This document shows positions 42,416 to 51,559 of a stretch of DNA of 64,000 nucleotides, piece by piece. Source of the stretch: a bacterium (GTDB taxonomy: Bacteria > SAR324 > JACQKK01); NCBI GenBank assembly GCA_965240465.1, contig OZ251219.1, positions 768,001 to 832,000 of the forward strand. Direction: 5' to 3'. Below the pieces are notes generated by a model. It searched no databases. It worked only from the letters and a program-made list of their open reading frames with translations, and had not been told where the DNA came from. Every line of letters starts with the position of its first letter. Position 1 is the stretch's first letter. The position numbers and the translations under genes are program-made.

Positions 42416-44347
42416 GTGCAAAGATTATCACTACTTTCGGCTTGTATTTTCGCTCTATTTTTAGCTAGCTGCGGGGGGAGCGGGGGAGGTGGAGTTGCTG
42501 ACCAAGACGGCGATGGCGTCCCCGACAGCAAGGATCTGTGCAAAAATAGCCTTGACGAGAACTTCATCAGCAGTAGCATCACCGACGCCGACAGCGATGG
42601 TTGTCGGGATGCTGGCGAGGATACCGATGACGACAATGACACCGTCCTAGATGTCGATGACGTGGATGATGATAATGACGGTCTGATAGAAATTCACGAT
42701 GCTACCGAGCTGAATAACATCCGCAATAATTTGTATGGCACTCATTATAATGATCTCTATAATTCATCTAACGCAGGCTGTCCTACTGCTGATCCCGTAG
42801 GTCCTACTACTGATCCCGTAGGTCCTACTACTGATCCCGTAGGTTGCAAGGGCTATGAACTAACTAATGACATCAGATTAGCGGATCTAACTGGCACTGA
42901 CACTAGCAACTGGGTTCCCGTTGGTAGAGCTACAAGTAGATATTTTTTCACCGCTATCTTAGAAGGCAATGGCAATACCATCAGTAACCTTATCATAGTT
43001 AGTGATACCCAAAATATTGGATTTTTTTTGGCATTGTATGGGACGGTCCAAAATTTGTCCTTTGTAGAAGGTTCAATTATCAGTACGCGCAGTAGCGATA
43101 TCAAAAGCTCCAGCAGGATAGGGGTTTTGGCAGGTAGGAATAATGGAACAATATCGGGTGTTACTGCTGGGCTTTCGGTATCTGCCGGCCCAGGTAGATA
43201 TAACTATGTGGGTGGCTTGGTGGGTAGTAATTATGGTGCTGGCATCATTCAAAATAGCTCTGCCACTGGCACTGTGAATGTTGGTAATGGTAATGATAAT
43301 TATAATTATGCAGGTGGTTTGGTAGGTGAAAATCTTGGTGGCAACATTCAGAATAGCTATGCCACTGGCACTGTGAATGGCAATGCTGGTAATGACACTT
43401 TAGGCGGCTTGCTGGGCTCTTCTTCTTCTAATGGCAACATTCAGAATAGCTATGCCACGGGCACTGTGAATGGCAATGCTGGTAATGACACTTTAGGCAG
43501 CTTGGTGGGCTCTTCTTCTTCTAATGCCACCATTCAGAATAGCTATGCCACTGGCACTGTGAATGGCAATGTTGGTAATGACACTTTAGGCGGCTTGGTG
43601 GGTAATCTTTTTGGCACCATTCAAGATAGCTATGCCACGGGCACTCTGAATGGCAATGCTGGCGATGACTATGTAGGCGGCTTGCTGGGTTATTCTGAGG
43701 GCAGCACTCAAAATAGCTATGCCACTGGCAATATTACTGGCAATGCTGGCGAGGACTATGTAGGCGGCTTGGCGGGTTATCTTTTTAATGCCACCACTCA
43801 GAATAGCTATGCCACTGGTACTGTGAATGGCAATGCTGGCGAGGACTATGTGGGAGGCTTGGTGGGTTATTTTCTTAATGGCACCATTCAGAATATCTAT
43901 GCCACTGGCAATATTACTGGCGGTGCTGATAATGACCTTGTAGGCGGCTTGGTGGGATATGCTGATAGTGGTGGAACCATCAGTAACAGTTATTCCTTAA
44001 GCGATGTGGATGGGGGCAGGGGAGCAGACAGAGTGGGACGCTTGCTTGGCATTAAAGATTCAGGTATAACACCAACCAACATCTATTATCATAGTGGTAG
44101 TACCCTAAGCAACGGGACCGAATTAGCCATTGGAACGTCCAGCGATGACTTGAAAGCCTTGACTGCCACTGGTACAGGCTGGAATGCTTTCAACTGGGAT
44201 TTTGGTTCAACAAGCCAATACCCCAGCCTCAAGTCTTATACAGAAGATACTGACGCCAGTGGCAACCCTATCCAAATTGATGGCACTCTACTCTGTGGGC
44301 AATTACCCGAAGCTGACTTCGTTCAGTGTCCTATGCCTACGCCTTAA
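42416..44347 (+). CDS. Surface lipoprotein 6 (643 aa), short-stalk paralogue
   Basis: GTG start of (V)QRLSLLSACIFALFLASC; minimal Asp-rich stalk; GLUG-type head; same tail. Confidence 0.88.
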   Translation: MQRLSLLSACIFALFLASCGGSGGGGVADQDGDGVPDSKDLCKNSLDENFISSSITDADSDGCRDAGEDTDDDNDTVLDVDDVDDDNDGLIEIHDATELNNIRNNLYGTHYNDLYNSSNAGCPTADPVGPTTDPVGPTTDPVGCKGYELTNDIRLADLTGTDTSNWVPVGRATSRYFFTAILEGNGNTISNLIIVSDTQNIGFFLALYGTVQNLSFVEGSIISTRSSDIKSSSRIGVLAGRNNGTISGVTAGLSVSAGPGRYNYVGGLVGSNYGAGIIQNSSATGTVNVGNGNDNYNYAGGLVGENLGGNIQNSYATGTVNGNAGNDTLGGLLGSSSSNGNIQNSYATGTVNGNAGNDTLGSLVGSSSSNATIQNSYATGTVNGNVGNDTLGGLVGNLFGTIQDSYATGTLNGNAGDDYVGGLLGYSEGSTQNSYATGNITGNAGEDYVGGLAGYLFNATTQNSYATGTVNGNAGEDYVGGLVGYFLNGTIQNIYATGNITGGADNDLVGGLVGYADSGGTISNSYSLSDVDGGRGADRVGRLLGIKDSGITPTNIYYHSGSTLSNGTELAIGTSSDDLKALTATGTGWNAFNWDFGSTSQYPSLKSYTEDTDASGNPIQIDGTLLCGQLPEADFVQCPMPTP

Positions 44348-44406
44348 TCTCCTACGGGGGAGAGGGTTAGAGCAGGGAGAGAGGGAAGGAGAGGGGGAGG
44401 GGGGCA

Positions 44407-45795
44407 TCAGTCCAGAGGAATGTGTTGCCCTGAGTGTATTAGGAATTTACCCTCAGGAAGAGGATCTGAGATAAAATGGGTATGCATGAAAGCTACTTTG
44501 GTTTTGAGTTTCAGGTAGTCATGGAAGTCGCCATGGATGAGTCCACCGCCGACATCTGCGATGACCAGTTGTTCTTGTCCGTTGGGAAATTGCTTAAACA
44601 TTTGATAACGCTCGGGAGGAAGCACGTCGGCAGCGTTCATTTTTTCTAGTATCTCATAGGAGACATGGTCTCCGGTGAGGTACAGTAGGGTTTCTTTGTC
44701 GTTATTGATTTTCATTCGTAGCCCTAGGGTGGGGATTGGGTGTATGGAGTGAAAGAAGAAGCATTGGGTGCCACAAATTAAATGAGGACTTAGATCTGGG
44801 GTAATAGGATGGAAGGAATGCATGGCTTGAGCTTCTGCTAGGGAGCAATCGTAGACGGCCATGAGTTTTACTAGCAAGCAGTAATAGATTTCCTTAGTGG
44901 TGTAGAGATTCAGAGGCTTATTGTGATTAACACATTCCACCACATCCAGATGATCTTCGTGTACGTGGGAGAGTACTAGGGCATCAATATCATAGAGGGT
45001 TATTTGGAGTTTTTTAAGGTGGCAAGACAGATAGGAGGGACTATCCCAGAGCATTAATTTTTCCTTGAGGCGGAAAATATATCCATTGGCGGGGTTATTG
45101 GGATCAAAGCCGTTGCTACCGCCGAGCACGATAATTTCGTTAGTGTCGGAGGATTTATCTAATGGTTTATGTGTAAGGGGGTAGGGAGGTATTTGTTCAC
45201 CTGTAGTGGATATATCTATGGTCAGGGTTTGTTCTCCGTAGGAGACACTGTAGAGGCTATTTGCTATTTGCTGGATATAGATAGCAGGGGAGGAGTTTTT
45301 TTCGGGATACAGGAGTTGTTTTTCATCGTTTTGGAGGGGATGGAATTCCACGATGTCCTGCAATTGGTAGGGTTTATCGGCATGGGGATTTTTAACTGCG
45401 AGGTGTTGAAATTCTTTATCTAGTTGTGTGGCTATTTGGGGTATTGTGCCTGAGTTGATCATTTCATCTTTGGTAGGTCCATAGATGGTAACTCGGAGCA
45501 TTTCGCTAATGCGTTTGCATTGGTTTATTTTTGCGAACACGCGAAATTTATGTCCGCGGTCTGGTCCTCGCTGGACGAAGAGAAAGTGGTAGAAGGGGAA
45601 TTCCAAAGCTACTTGGGAGCAGGATTGGTGATATAGTTGAGATGGTAGTACTACTGCTTCTGGCATGGGGAGTTTTTTAAGCAGGATAAATTTTAGTACT
45701 TCTGGTGGGCAACCGAACAAGATGTTACCTTGCAAGGTGCAGAGCAGTTGGGATCCTTTACAGATGGGAACAAGGGAGATTGTTTCGTTTCTCAT
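44407..45795 (-). CDS. Metallo-beta-lactamase-fold hydrolase (possible cyclic-nucleotide phosphodiesterase-like)
   Basis: LSHVHEDH (HxHxDH), HSIHPIPT, TGDH and IHG motifs; N-terminal FGCPPEVLK and LEFPFYHFLF. Confidence 0.75.
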   Translation of the reverse strand: MRNETISLVPICKGSQLLCTLQGNILFGCPPEVLKFILLKKLPMPEAVVLPSQLYHQSCSQVALEFPFYHFLFVQRGPDRGHKFRVFAKINQCKRISEMLRVTIYGPTKDEMINSGTIPQIATQLDKEFQHLAVKNPHADKPYQLQDIVEFHPLQNDEKQLLYPEKNSSPAIYIQQIANSLYSVSYGEQTLTIDISTTGEQIPPYPLTHKPLDKSSDTNEIIVLGGSNGFDPNNPANGYIFRLKEKLMLWDSPSYLSCHLKKLQITLYDIDALVLSHVHEDHLDVVECVNHNKPLNLYTTKEIYYCLLVKLMAVYDCSLAEAQAMHSFHPITPDLSPHLICGTQCFFFHSIHPIPTLGLRMKINNDKETLLYLTGDHVSYEILEKMNAADVLPPERYQMFKQFPNGQEQLVIADVGGGLIHGDFHDYLKLKTKVAFMHTHFISDPLPEGKFLIHSGQHIPLD

Positions 45796-46229
45796 GAGAT
45801 TTTTTCCCTACAGAACGTCTGTAGATATTTGATGAGAGCAGGAATCTAGCCCCATTATCATAGGTTGATTGTTACTTATATTAAGGAGTTTGCTCATTAT
45901 ATTGGGATTATATTTGGCATTGTATTTGGGATTATTTTGCTTGATATATCTTGCTGTGCCTGTTGTCAGTATGAAGATCTGGGAACTTTATTGAGTATAA
46001 TATTAAAAGTTGTTACAGACAAGCCCATTATATTATATCCTTATTAAGAACAAATACAATGACAAAGAACGCACCTGCCAGTACTTTACTGTTGAACGGA
46101 TACCTTACTCATAAGTATTTTTGGCTCATAAGTATTCTTAGCATAGAATTTTGGTCAGTGCTGGGGGTTGTGGTGGTGGGGGGGGGGGGGGGGGGTATCA
46201 TTTAATAGGGATTGTTTAGCGGTTGGTTT

Positions 46230-48302
46230 TTAGTTTTTTAGTAGTTGGAGATAATCTTTAGTGATATTTAGAGCTTCTAGTAGCAGGGGGTCATCTTTTT
46301 GTTGATTATCGGCGTCATTTTTTTTCTTTTGCTGTTTTTTGTATTTGGTTTGTAGTCCTGCAACGGAGATGGTGGTTTTATTTTTGCGATGGGTAATATA
46401 TTCGCGGATTTCTTGGCGAATGTCTTTAAAGTGCGGGTTAGTTTTTCGGCGTTTTTCTGATAGTGCTTTCAGTTTAGTGGCTAAGGGTGCGATGTTATTG
46501 GCTTTGATGGATATTTTATCAGGCAGAGCATCCCAGGGAAGAGCATTTTTCAGGGCTGCTTCGCCGATGTCTAGGTGGCTGTTAAGCGAGGGGAAGATAA
46601 TATCTGGTACCACTCCTTTTTTTTGGGTGGAAGAATGGCTAGGACGATAGAATTGAGCGACTGTAGCCCTAAGTGCCCCGAGGTCTTTTCTTAGAGTAAT
46701 GATGTTTTGGACTGTTCCCTTTCCAAAGGTAGAGCTATCTCCCACCAGCACTGCCCGACCGTAGTCTTTCAGAGCACCGGCTACAATCTCCGATGCCGAA
46801 GCACTAAAGCGGTCTATCAAGACGACCAGCGGACCTTTATAGAAGGCTTGTTTTTGCTTTCCATCATAGCTAGATACACTTTTAAGATAACGAACCTTCA
46901 CCATAACAGATTTAGGAATAAACAGATTACTCATATTGATGGCTTCATCAAGAGACCCTCCGCTATTGCCTCTGAGATCCAGCAGAACGGCATCAATGGA
47001 CTGATCTACAAAACTGGCAAGGATTTTTTTTACGTCCCGAGTGCTACTTTTGTAGTTGCGATTGCCCCGTCTTTTTTGGGCAAAATCTTGATAAAATGAC
47101 GGCAAAACAATGACCCCTATTTTAATCGTACCAGCAGGCATTTCAGAAGGCATTCCAGAAGGCATTCCAGAAGACATTTCCAGCTGATGAATACTACTTT
47201 GAGCTTCTGATTCCTTCAGTTCTATTTTGTCTCTGCGGATGCTGATCTTCAACGATTTTGTAAATTCGCCAGTTTCGCGTATCAAGCTCAGTCTTACGAT
47301 AGTTCCTCTTTTACCTCTGATCAATTTTACGACTTCTCCCAGTGGTTGGTGGGTTACATCCTCCATTTTTCTGATCCTGCCCTGCCCAACGGCTACGATT
47401 CTATCAGCAGGTTTTAAGCCTTTATGGCGGGCTGCTGCTCCTCCGGGAACAATGGTGTTAACGACGGTATAGCCATCTTCCCAACGCAGTGTAGCCCCAA
47501 TGCCCTCCAGAGAAAGACGCATGGCAATGTTGAAATTGTCTAAATCATCTTGGTTGAGATAAGCTGAATGGGGATCATAAGAATAAGCGTAGGCGTTTAG
47601 AAACAAGCTCACGATGTTTTTATCTTTCAGCTGCTGATGACGCAACCAGACACTTCGGTAGCGTCTTCTAAGAGTTTCAAGAGTTTCTTTAGAACTCTTA
47701 CCTGAGGATTGTTCTTTCAGCTGCTCATGGTATAGTCTAGCTTGCCAGATTTTTTCAGCATCGGTACGACTACGAGGCCAATCAGCCGCAGAACGATCTA
47801 GCCAGATTTTTTGAGGGGCAATTACCACCACTGGTTTTTTCAGCAGTTTCTCAATGAAATTTTTTCTTTCCAGCAAGCGTTTCTTAAATCGCTTATGGAT
47901 TGCAAATGCCAATTTTACTTGCCCGCGGGGCAAGTCATTAACGAGCTGTGGAATATTACCTTGGAACTCCTTCACATCAGCAGCGAGGAAATAGCTGCGT
48001 TCGGCATCCAGGATGGTGAGATATTGCTCCAATGTGGAGCGTGCCAATTTATTGTTGTACGGCAAACGCGATAAATGATTGTTCTGCAGTTTCTTGACGA
48101 TATAACTCAGGTCTGCCTGAGAGTAGCTTTCTTGTGCCCTGGACTTTGCGGGGGCAAGGAACAAGATAGCGATCGCCAGCAACAGGCAAAGCATTCTTCC
48201 CTTACCCTTAGCAATTTTGCGTTGCTTTTTAGGCAGGTTCACATCCGCAGATTGCCACTTGGGTACAGGCGGGATACTAAGGTCAAGATGATCAAAATTC
48301 AT
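46230..48302 (-). CDS. prc: Carboxy-terminal processing (tail-specific) protease, S41 family
   Basis: DPHSAY, SLEGIGA, PDZ region, LDLRGNSGGSL, SASASEI.AGAL.DY and TFGKGTVQ motifs. Confidence 0.93.
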   Translation of the reverse strand: MNFDHLDLSIPPVPKWQSADVNLPKKQRKIAKGKGRMLCLLLAIAILFLAPAKSRAQESYSQADLSYIVKKLQNNHLSRLPYNNKLARSTLEQYLTILDAERSYFLAADVKEFQGNIPQLVNDLPRGQVKLAFAIHKRFKKRLLERKNFIEKLLKKPVVVIAPQKIWLDRSAADWPRSRTDAEKIWQARLYHEQLKEQSSGKSSKETLETLRRRYRSVWLRHQQLKDKNIVSLFLNAYAYSYDPHSAYLNQDDLDNFNIAMRLSLEGIGATLRWEDGYTVVNTIVPGGAAARHKGLKPADRIVAVGQGRIRKMEDVTHQPLGEVVKLIRGKRGTIVRLSLIRETGEFTKSLKISIRRDKIELKESEAQSSIHQLEMSSGMPSGMPSEMPAGTIKIGVIVLPSFYQDFAQKRRGNRNYKSSTRDVKKILASFVDQSIDAVLLDLRGNSGGSLDEAINMSNLFIPKSVMVKVRYLKSVSSYDGKQKQAFYKGPLVVLIDRFSASASEIVAGALKDYGRAVLVGDSSTFGKGTVQNIITLRKDLGALRATVAQFYRPSHSSTQKKGVVPDIIFPSLNSHLDIGEAALKNALPWDALPDKISIKANNIAPLATKLKALSEKRRKTNPHFKDIRQEIREYITHRKNKTTISVAGLQTKYKKQQKKKNDADNQQKDDPLLLEALNITKDYLQLLKN

Positions 48303-48381
48303 GTATTAGGTACAGCGAGTGGTTTGACTTAATCTATGTTTAATGTAGCATGGGTTGATGGCAATGAGGAAGTATGAAATT

Positions 48382-48665
48382 CCTTATGAAGTGCCTTTTA
48401 TGAGATGCCTTATGAAGTACCTTATGAAGTGCCTTTTATGAGATGCCTTATGAGATGCCTTATGAAGTACCTTATGAAGTGCCTTTTATGAGATGCCTTA
48501 TGAAGTACCTTATGAAGTACCTTATGAAGTGCCTTTTATGAGATGCCTTATGAAGTACCTTATGAAGTGCCTTTTATGAGATGCCTTATGAAGTACCTTA
48601 TGAAGTGCCTTTTATGAGATGCCTTATGAAATGTCTTTTATGAGATGCCTTATGAAGTGCCTTTT
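48382..48665. repeat. ~280-bp composite tandem repeat (12-14-nt units CCTTATGAAGT(G/A), CCTTTTATGAGATG)
   Basis: Read directly; about 20 units with higher-order ordering. Confidence 0.95.
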
Positions 48666-48701
48666 GCGGTTTAAGTTATTTATTGTTTTGAGTTTTGCTG
48701 A

Positions 48702-48974
48702 ATGCCTATAAGCTCTGAGTTGTTAGCCCTGCTGATTTGCCCAGCCACAAAATCTTCCCTGCGGCTAGCTACCCCAGCATTGATTAAGCAGCTGAATCGG
48801 GCGATTGCTTCAGGACGGCTAAAAAATCGGGGTGGACAAGTAGTGGACACACCACTGGAAGAAGGTTTGATGAGTGCTGATAATCAATGGCTGTATGCAG
48901 TGAGAAATGATGTCCCAGTCATGCTGATAGCAGAGGCTCTGCCTTTGTCAGGGTTTCTAACTGCTGAGGATTAA
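48702..48974 (+). CDS. Trm112-family protein
   Basis: LL.LLICP.TK..L and Y.VR.DVPVML.AEA motifs. Confidence 0.85.
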   Translation: MPISSELLALLICPATKSSLRLATPALIKQLNRAIASGRLKNRGGQVVDTPLEEGLMSADNQWLYAVRNDVPVMLIAEALPLSGFLTAED

Positions 48975-48996
48975 GGTACTGTGGACTTCAGTGCCA

Positions 48997-49037
48997 GCAA
49001 AATAGTCTAACCAAAATAGTCTAACCAAAATAGTCTG
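48997..49037. repeat. 14-nt tandem repeat (CAAAATAGTCTAAC) x3
   Basis: Read directly. Confidence 0.85.
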
Positions 49038-49050
49038 ACTAGGATAAACC

Positions 49051-49314
49051 ATGACCATCCCTTTATCAAAATTACGCCACTTGCTAGAGCAAGCCTTTGT
49101 TGATGGTCTGGTATTGCTGGAATGTCCCCGAGCGGATGATAATCATTTTCAATGTGTGGTAGTATCCCAGCGTTTTGAGGGATGTACTCAGGTATCCCAA
49201 CATAAGATGGTCTACCAAGCCTTAGGAAGCTTGATGGGCGAAGAAGTACACGCCCTGGCTCTGCAAACCTATACCCCAAAAGATTGGCAAGCAGCTCAAC
49301 AACAAACGAATTAA
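49051..49314 (+). CDS. BolA/IbaG family protein
   Basis: HF..VVVS.RFEG...V.QH.MVY.AL and VHALALQTYTP motifs. Confidence 0.92.
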   Translation: MTIPLSKLRHLLEQAFVDGLVLLECPRADDNHFQCVVVSQRFEGCTQVSQHKMVYQALGSLMGEEVHALALQTYTPKDWQAAQQQTN

Positions 49315-49377
49315 GATGCTCGCATTTTAAGATGTTCGCCACCAGCTATGGTCTCCACCTTATTCCTTGACTAGCCG

Positions 49378-50238
49378 ATGACCTTCATCCGTTTGCTGAT
49401 ATTACTGGTGTTAGGCTGGGGGGTTGCTCTGGGATTGATGAGCATCAGACCAGAATTACCTCCCCCGCCTAAGGCCAAGCCGATAGGGAATGCTACCATC
49501 GGCACTCTGACCAGCTTGATGGAAAAACAGCTTCAACATCTTAGCGGCTGGCTACCCAACGATACCCCGCTCGGACCAGGTAGCTGGCTGGACAACGCCG
49601 CTAATGAGCAACTGGGATTACTCAGCGTTTTGCGTTCTGTTTTGAAGGCAGTCCGAGATCAAGCCTCCCGCTCGCAGAATGCTCTCAATCGTGAGGTTGA
49701 TCTGGCTTATTCTTCTTGGTCTGTTGACCCCCGCCGTTGGAATAGTCCTGCTCCAGAAATCCTTTACTTGCGAGGCATTGATGCCTTAAATCGCTACCGA
49801 GACATGCTCAGAAATGGGCAAGCTCAATTTAACACCACCCCCGATAGCATTAACGCCATGCTACAAGCGATATCCACCAGCCTCTCTCAACAAGTTTCCC
49901 TGCTCTCTGCAGACCAAGAAATATTCACCACCCAAAGAGATGACCTATTCTATCAATCCCGAGGAACAGCCCTGGCCTCCCACTTGCTGCTTCAAGCACT
50001 GCTGGCAGATTTTCAATCTTTCTTTTCGGAGCTCTCCGACCAAAGCTCTACCGAGCAAGTATTGAACCTCCTGCAACAAGCCCTTAAATCACTACAGCGT
50101 GCAGACTTCCGCCCCCTGATAATCACCCAAGGACGCGGCCCCAGCCTCACTGCAGATCACATCCAGCGTATCCGCCAACCACTCCGACAATCCCTGGAGT
50201 ACCTAAGAAAAGCTAGCTTGATAGTGGAAGATCTGTAG
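49378..50238 (+). CDS. DUF2333-like membrane-anchored protein
   Basis: N-terminal TM; GWLPND, WLDN..N.QLG and DD.FY.SRG motifs recalled from the DUF2333 family. Confidence 0.6.
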   Translation: MTFIRLLILLVLGWGVALGLMSIRPELPPPPKAKPIGNATIGTLTSLMEKQLQHLSGWLPNDTPLGPGSWLDNAANEQLGLLSVLRSVLKAVRDQASRSQNALNREVDLAYSSWSVDPRRWNSPAPEILYLRGIDALNRYRDMLRNGQAQFNTTPDSINAMLQAISTSLSQQVSLLSADQEIFTTQRDDLFYQSRGTALASHLLLQALLADFQSFFSELSDQSSTEQVLNLLQQALKSLQRADFRPLIITQGRGPSLTADHIQRIRQPLRQSLEYLRKASLIVEDL

Positions 50239-50242
50239 TAGC

Positions 50243-50335
50243 TTCTCAGCATGTCTTTCTCAGCATGTCTTTCTCAGCATGTCTTTCTCAGCATGTCTTT
50301 CTCAGCATGTCTTTCTCAGCATGTCTTTCTCAGCA
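50243..50335. repeat. 14-nt tandem repeat (TTCTCAGCATGTCT) x~6.5
   Basis: Read directly, 4 nt after the upstream stop codon. Confidence 0.95.
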
Positions 50336-50449
50336 CGAACCTAGCATGCCATCTTCAATGATTTGTTCTACTTAAATCATGCTACAATGGCTATTGTTAT
50401 TCACTAGCATAATACAAGCTCCAAAGCTAAACAGACCTGAAAATGAAGC

Positions 50450-51436
50450 ATGGCTAATTTAATTCAACCTCCCGCTTGGCAGCTGCCTGAATCAGCGGCT
50501 ACTCCAGAGCACATCTACCTTAAAAGACGCCAACTATTGCAAGGCATGGGTTTCCTCGGAGTGGGGGCTTTGGCTACCTTAGGCTTACCCGAGCCTGCTC
50601 AAGCTCGCACCACCGTGGCAGACACTCTTAAGGGACTTAAAAAACTAAATGCAAGGACTGATAATCGCTTTACTACCAAACGAACGCTAACTCCTCACCT
50701 CACCGCTGCCCGTTACAACAATTTCTACGAATTTCATTCCCGTAAAAATGTTTGGTCTCAGGCACAAAAACTCAGCGTGCGTCCCTGGACAATCAAGGTA
50801 GACGGATTGGTAGCCAAGCCAAAAACCTTTGATATTGACTACCTGATAAGATCCATCCCCTTGGAAGAACGCATTTACCGCCTCCGCTGTGTAGAAGCAT
50901 GGAGCATGGTCGTTCCTTGGGTAGGTTTTCCCTTGAGTACCCTGATAAAAAAAGTACAACCCCTGTCAAATGCTCGCTTTATTCAACTGAAAACCTTCTT
51001 TAGACCAGAAGAAGCCCCAGCTCAAGCCCGTAAATCATTCTTTGCCAATGCCCTTCCCTGGCCCTACAACGAAGCCCTCACCATCCCTGAAGCCATGAAC
51101 GAACTTACCTTCCTAGCAGTAGGACTCTACGGACGACAACTCCCAAAACAAAACGGAGCCCCCATACGCTTGCTCACCCCTTGGAAATACGGCTTCAAAA
51201 GCATTAAGTCCATCGTCAGCATTACCTTTACCAGCCAGCAACCACCTACATTCTGGAACACCTTGGGGCCCAAGGAATATGGCTTCTTCTCCAATGTAGA
51301 CCCAAAAATCCCCCACCCCCGCTGGTCACAAGCATTTGAACGCGATATCGGCACCGAAAAACGCATTCCAACCCGATACTTAAATGGCTACCAAGCCTTC
51401 GTGGGACATCTTTACCAGCGTGGTCGCAATTATTAG
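50450..51436 (+). CDS. msrP: Periplasmic Mo-dependent methionine sulfoxide reductase catalytic subunit
   Basis: Tat motif KRRQLL; YNNFYEF, ERIYRLRCVEAWSMV, QNGAPIRL..PWKYGFKSIK and HPRWSQA motifs. Confidence 0.96.
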   Translation: MANLIQPPAWQLPESAATPEHIYLKRRQLLQGMGFLGVGALATLGLPEPAQARTTVADTLKGLKKLNARTDNRFTTKRTLTPHLTAARYNNFYEFHSRKNVWSQAQKLSVRPWTIKVDGLVAKPKTFDIDYLIRSIPLEERIYRLRCVEAWSMVVPWVGFPLSTLIKKVQPLSNARFIQLKTFFRPEEAPAQARKSFFANALPWPYNEALTIPEAMNELTFLAVGLYGRQLPKQNGAPIRLLTPWKYGFKSIKSIVSITFTSQQPPTFWNTLGPKEYGFFSNVDPKIPHPRWSQAFERDIGTEKRIPTRYLNGYQAFVGHLYQRGRNY

Positions 51437-51439
51437 CTA

Positions 51440-51559
51440 CCTTGCTTAGTTGCCTTGCTTAGTTGCCTTGCTTAGTTGCCTTGCTTAGTTGCCTTGCTTA
51501 GTTGCCTTGCTTAGTCACTCCTTGCTTAGTCACTCCTTGCTTAGTTGCCTTGCTTAGTT
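51440..51559. repeat. 13-nt tandem repeat (CCTTGCTTAGTTG) x~9
   Basis: Read directly, just after the msrP stop. Confidence 0.95.

Noticed and set aside
25619-43104. Numerous long alternative-frame and antisense ORFs in the array (e.g. 35437-36996, 35498-36817, 39313-40224)
   Set aside because: They are shadow ORFs caused by repetitive GAT/GAC-rich codons of the real genes; low-complexity Met/Ser/Ile translations.
25557-44347. Integron cassette array or invertase shufflon
   Set aside because: No integrase or invertase nearby, all genes are co-oriented, the spacers lack recognisable attC RYYYAAC/GTTRRRY ends, and the conserved block extends into coding sequence.
45865-46047. 60-aa hydrophobic ORF
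   Set aside because: TTG start, AT-rich low-complexity intergenic DNA, no RBS or recognisable motif.
48382-48665. Possible CRISPR array
   Set aside because: Units are contiguous 12-14-mers with no unique spacers, and there are no cas genes in the window. The same applies to the other intergenic repeats.
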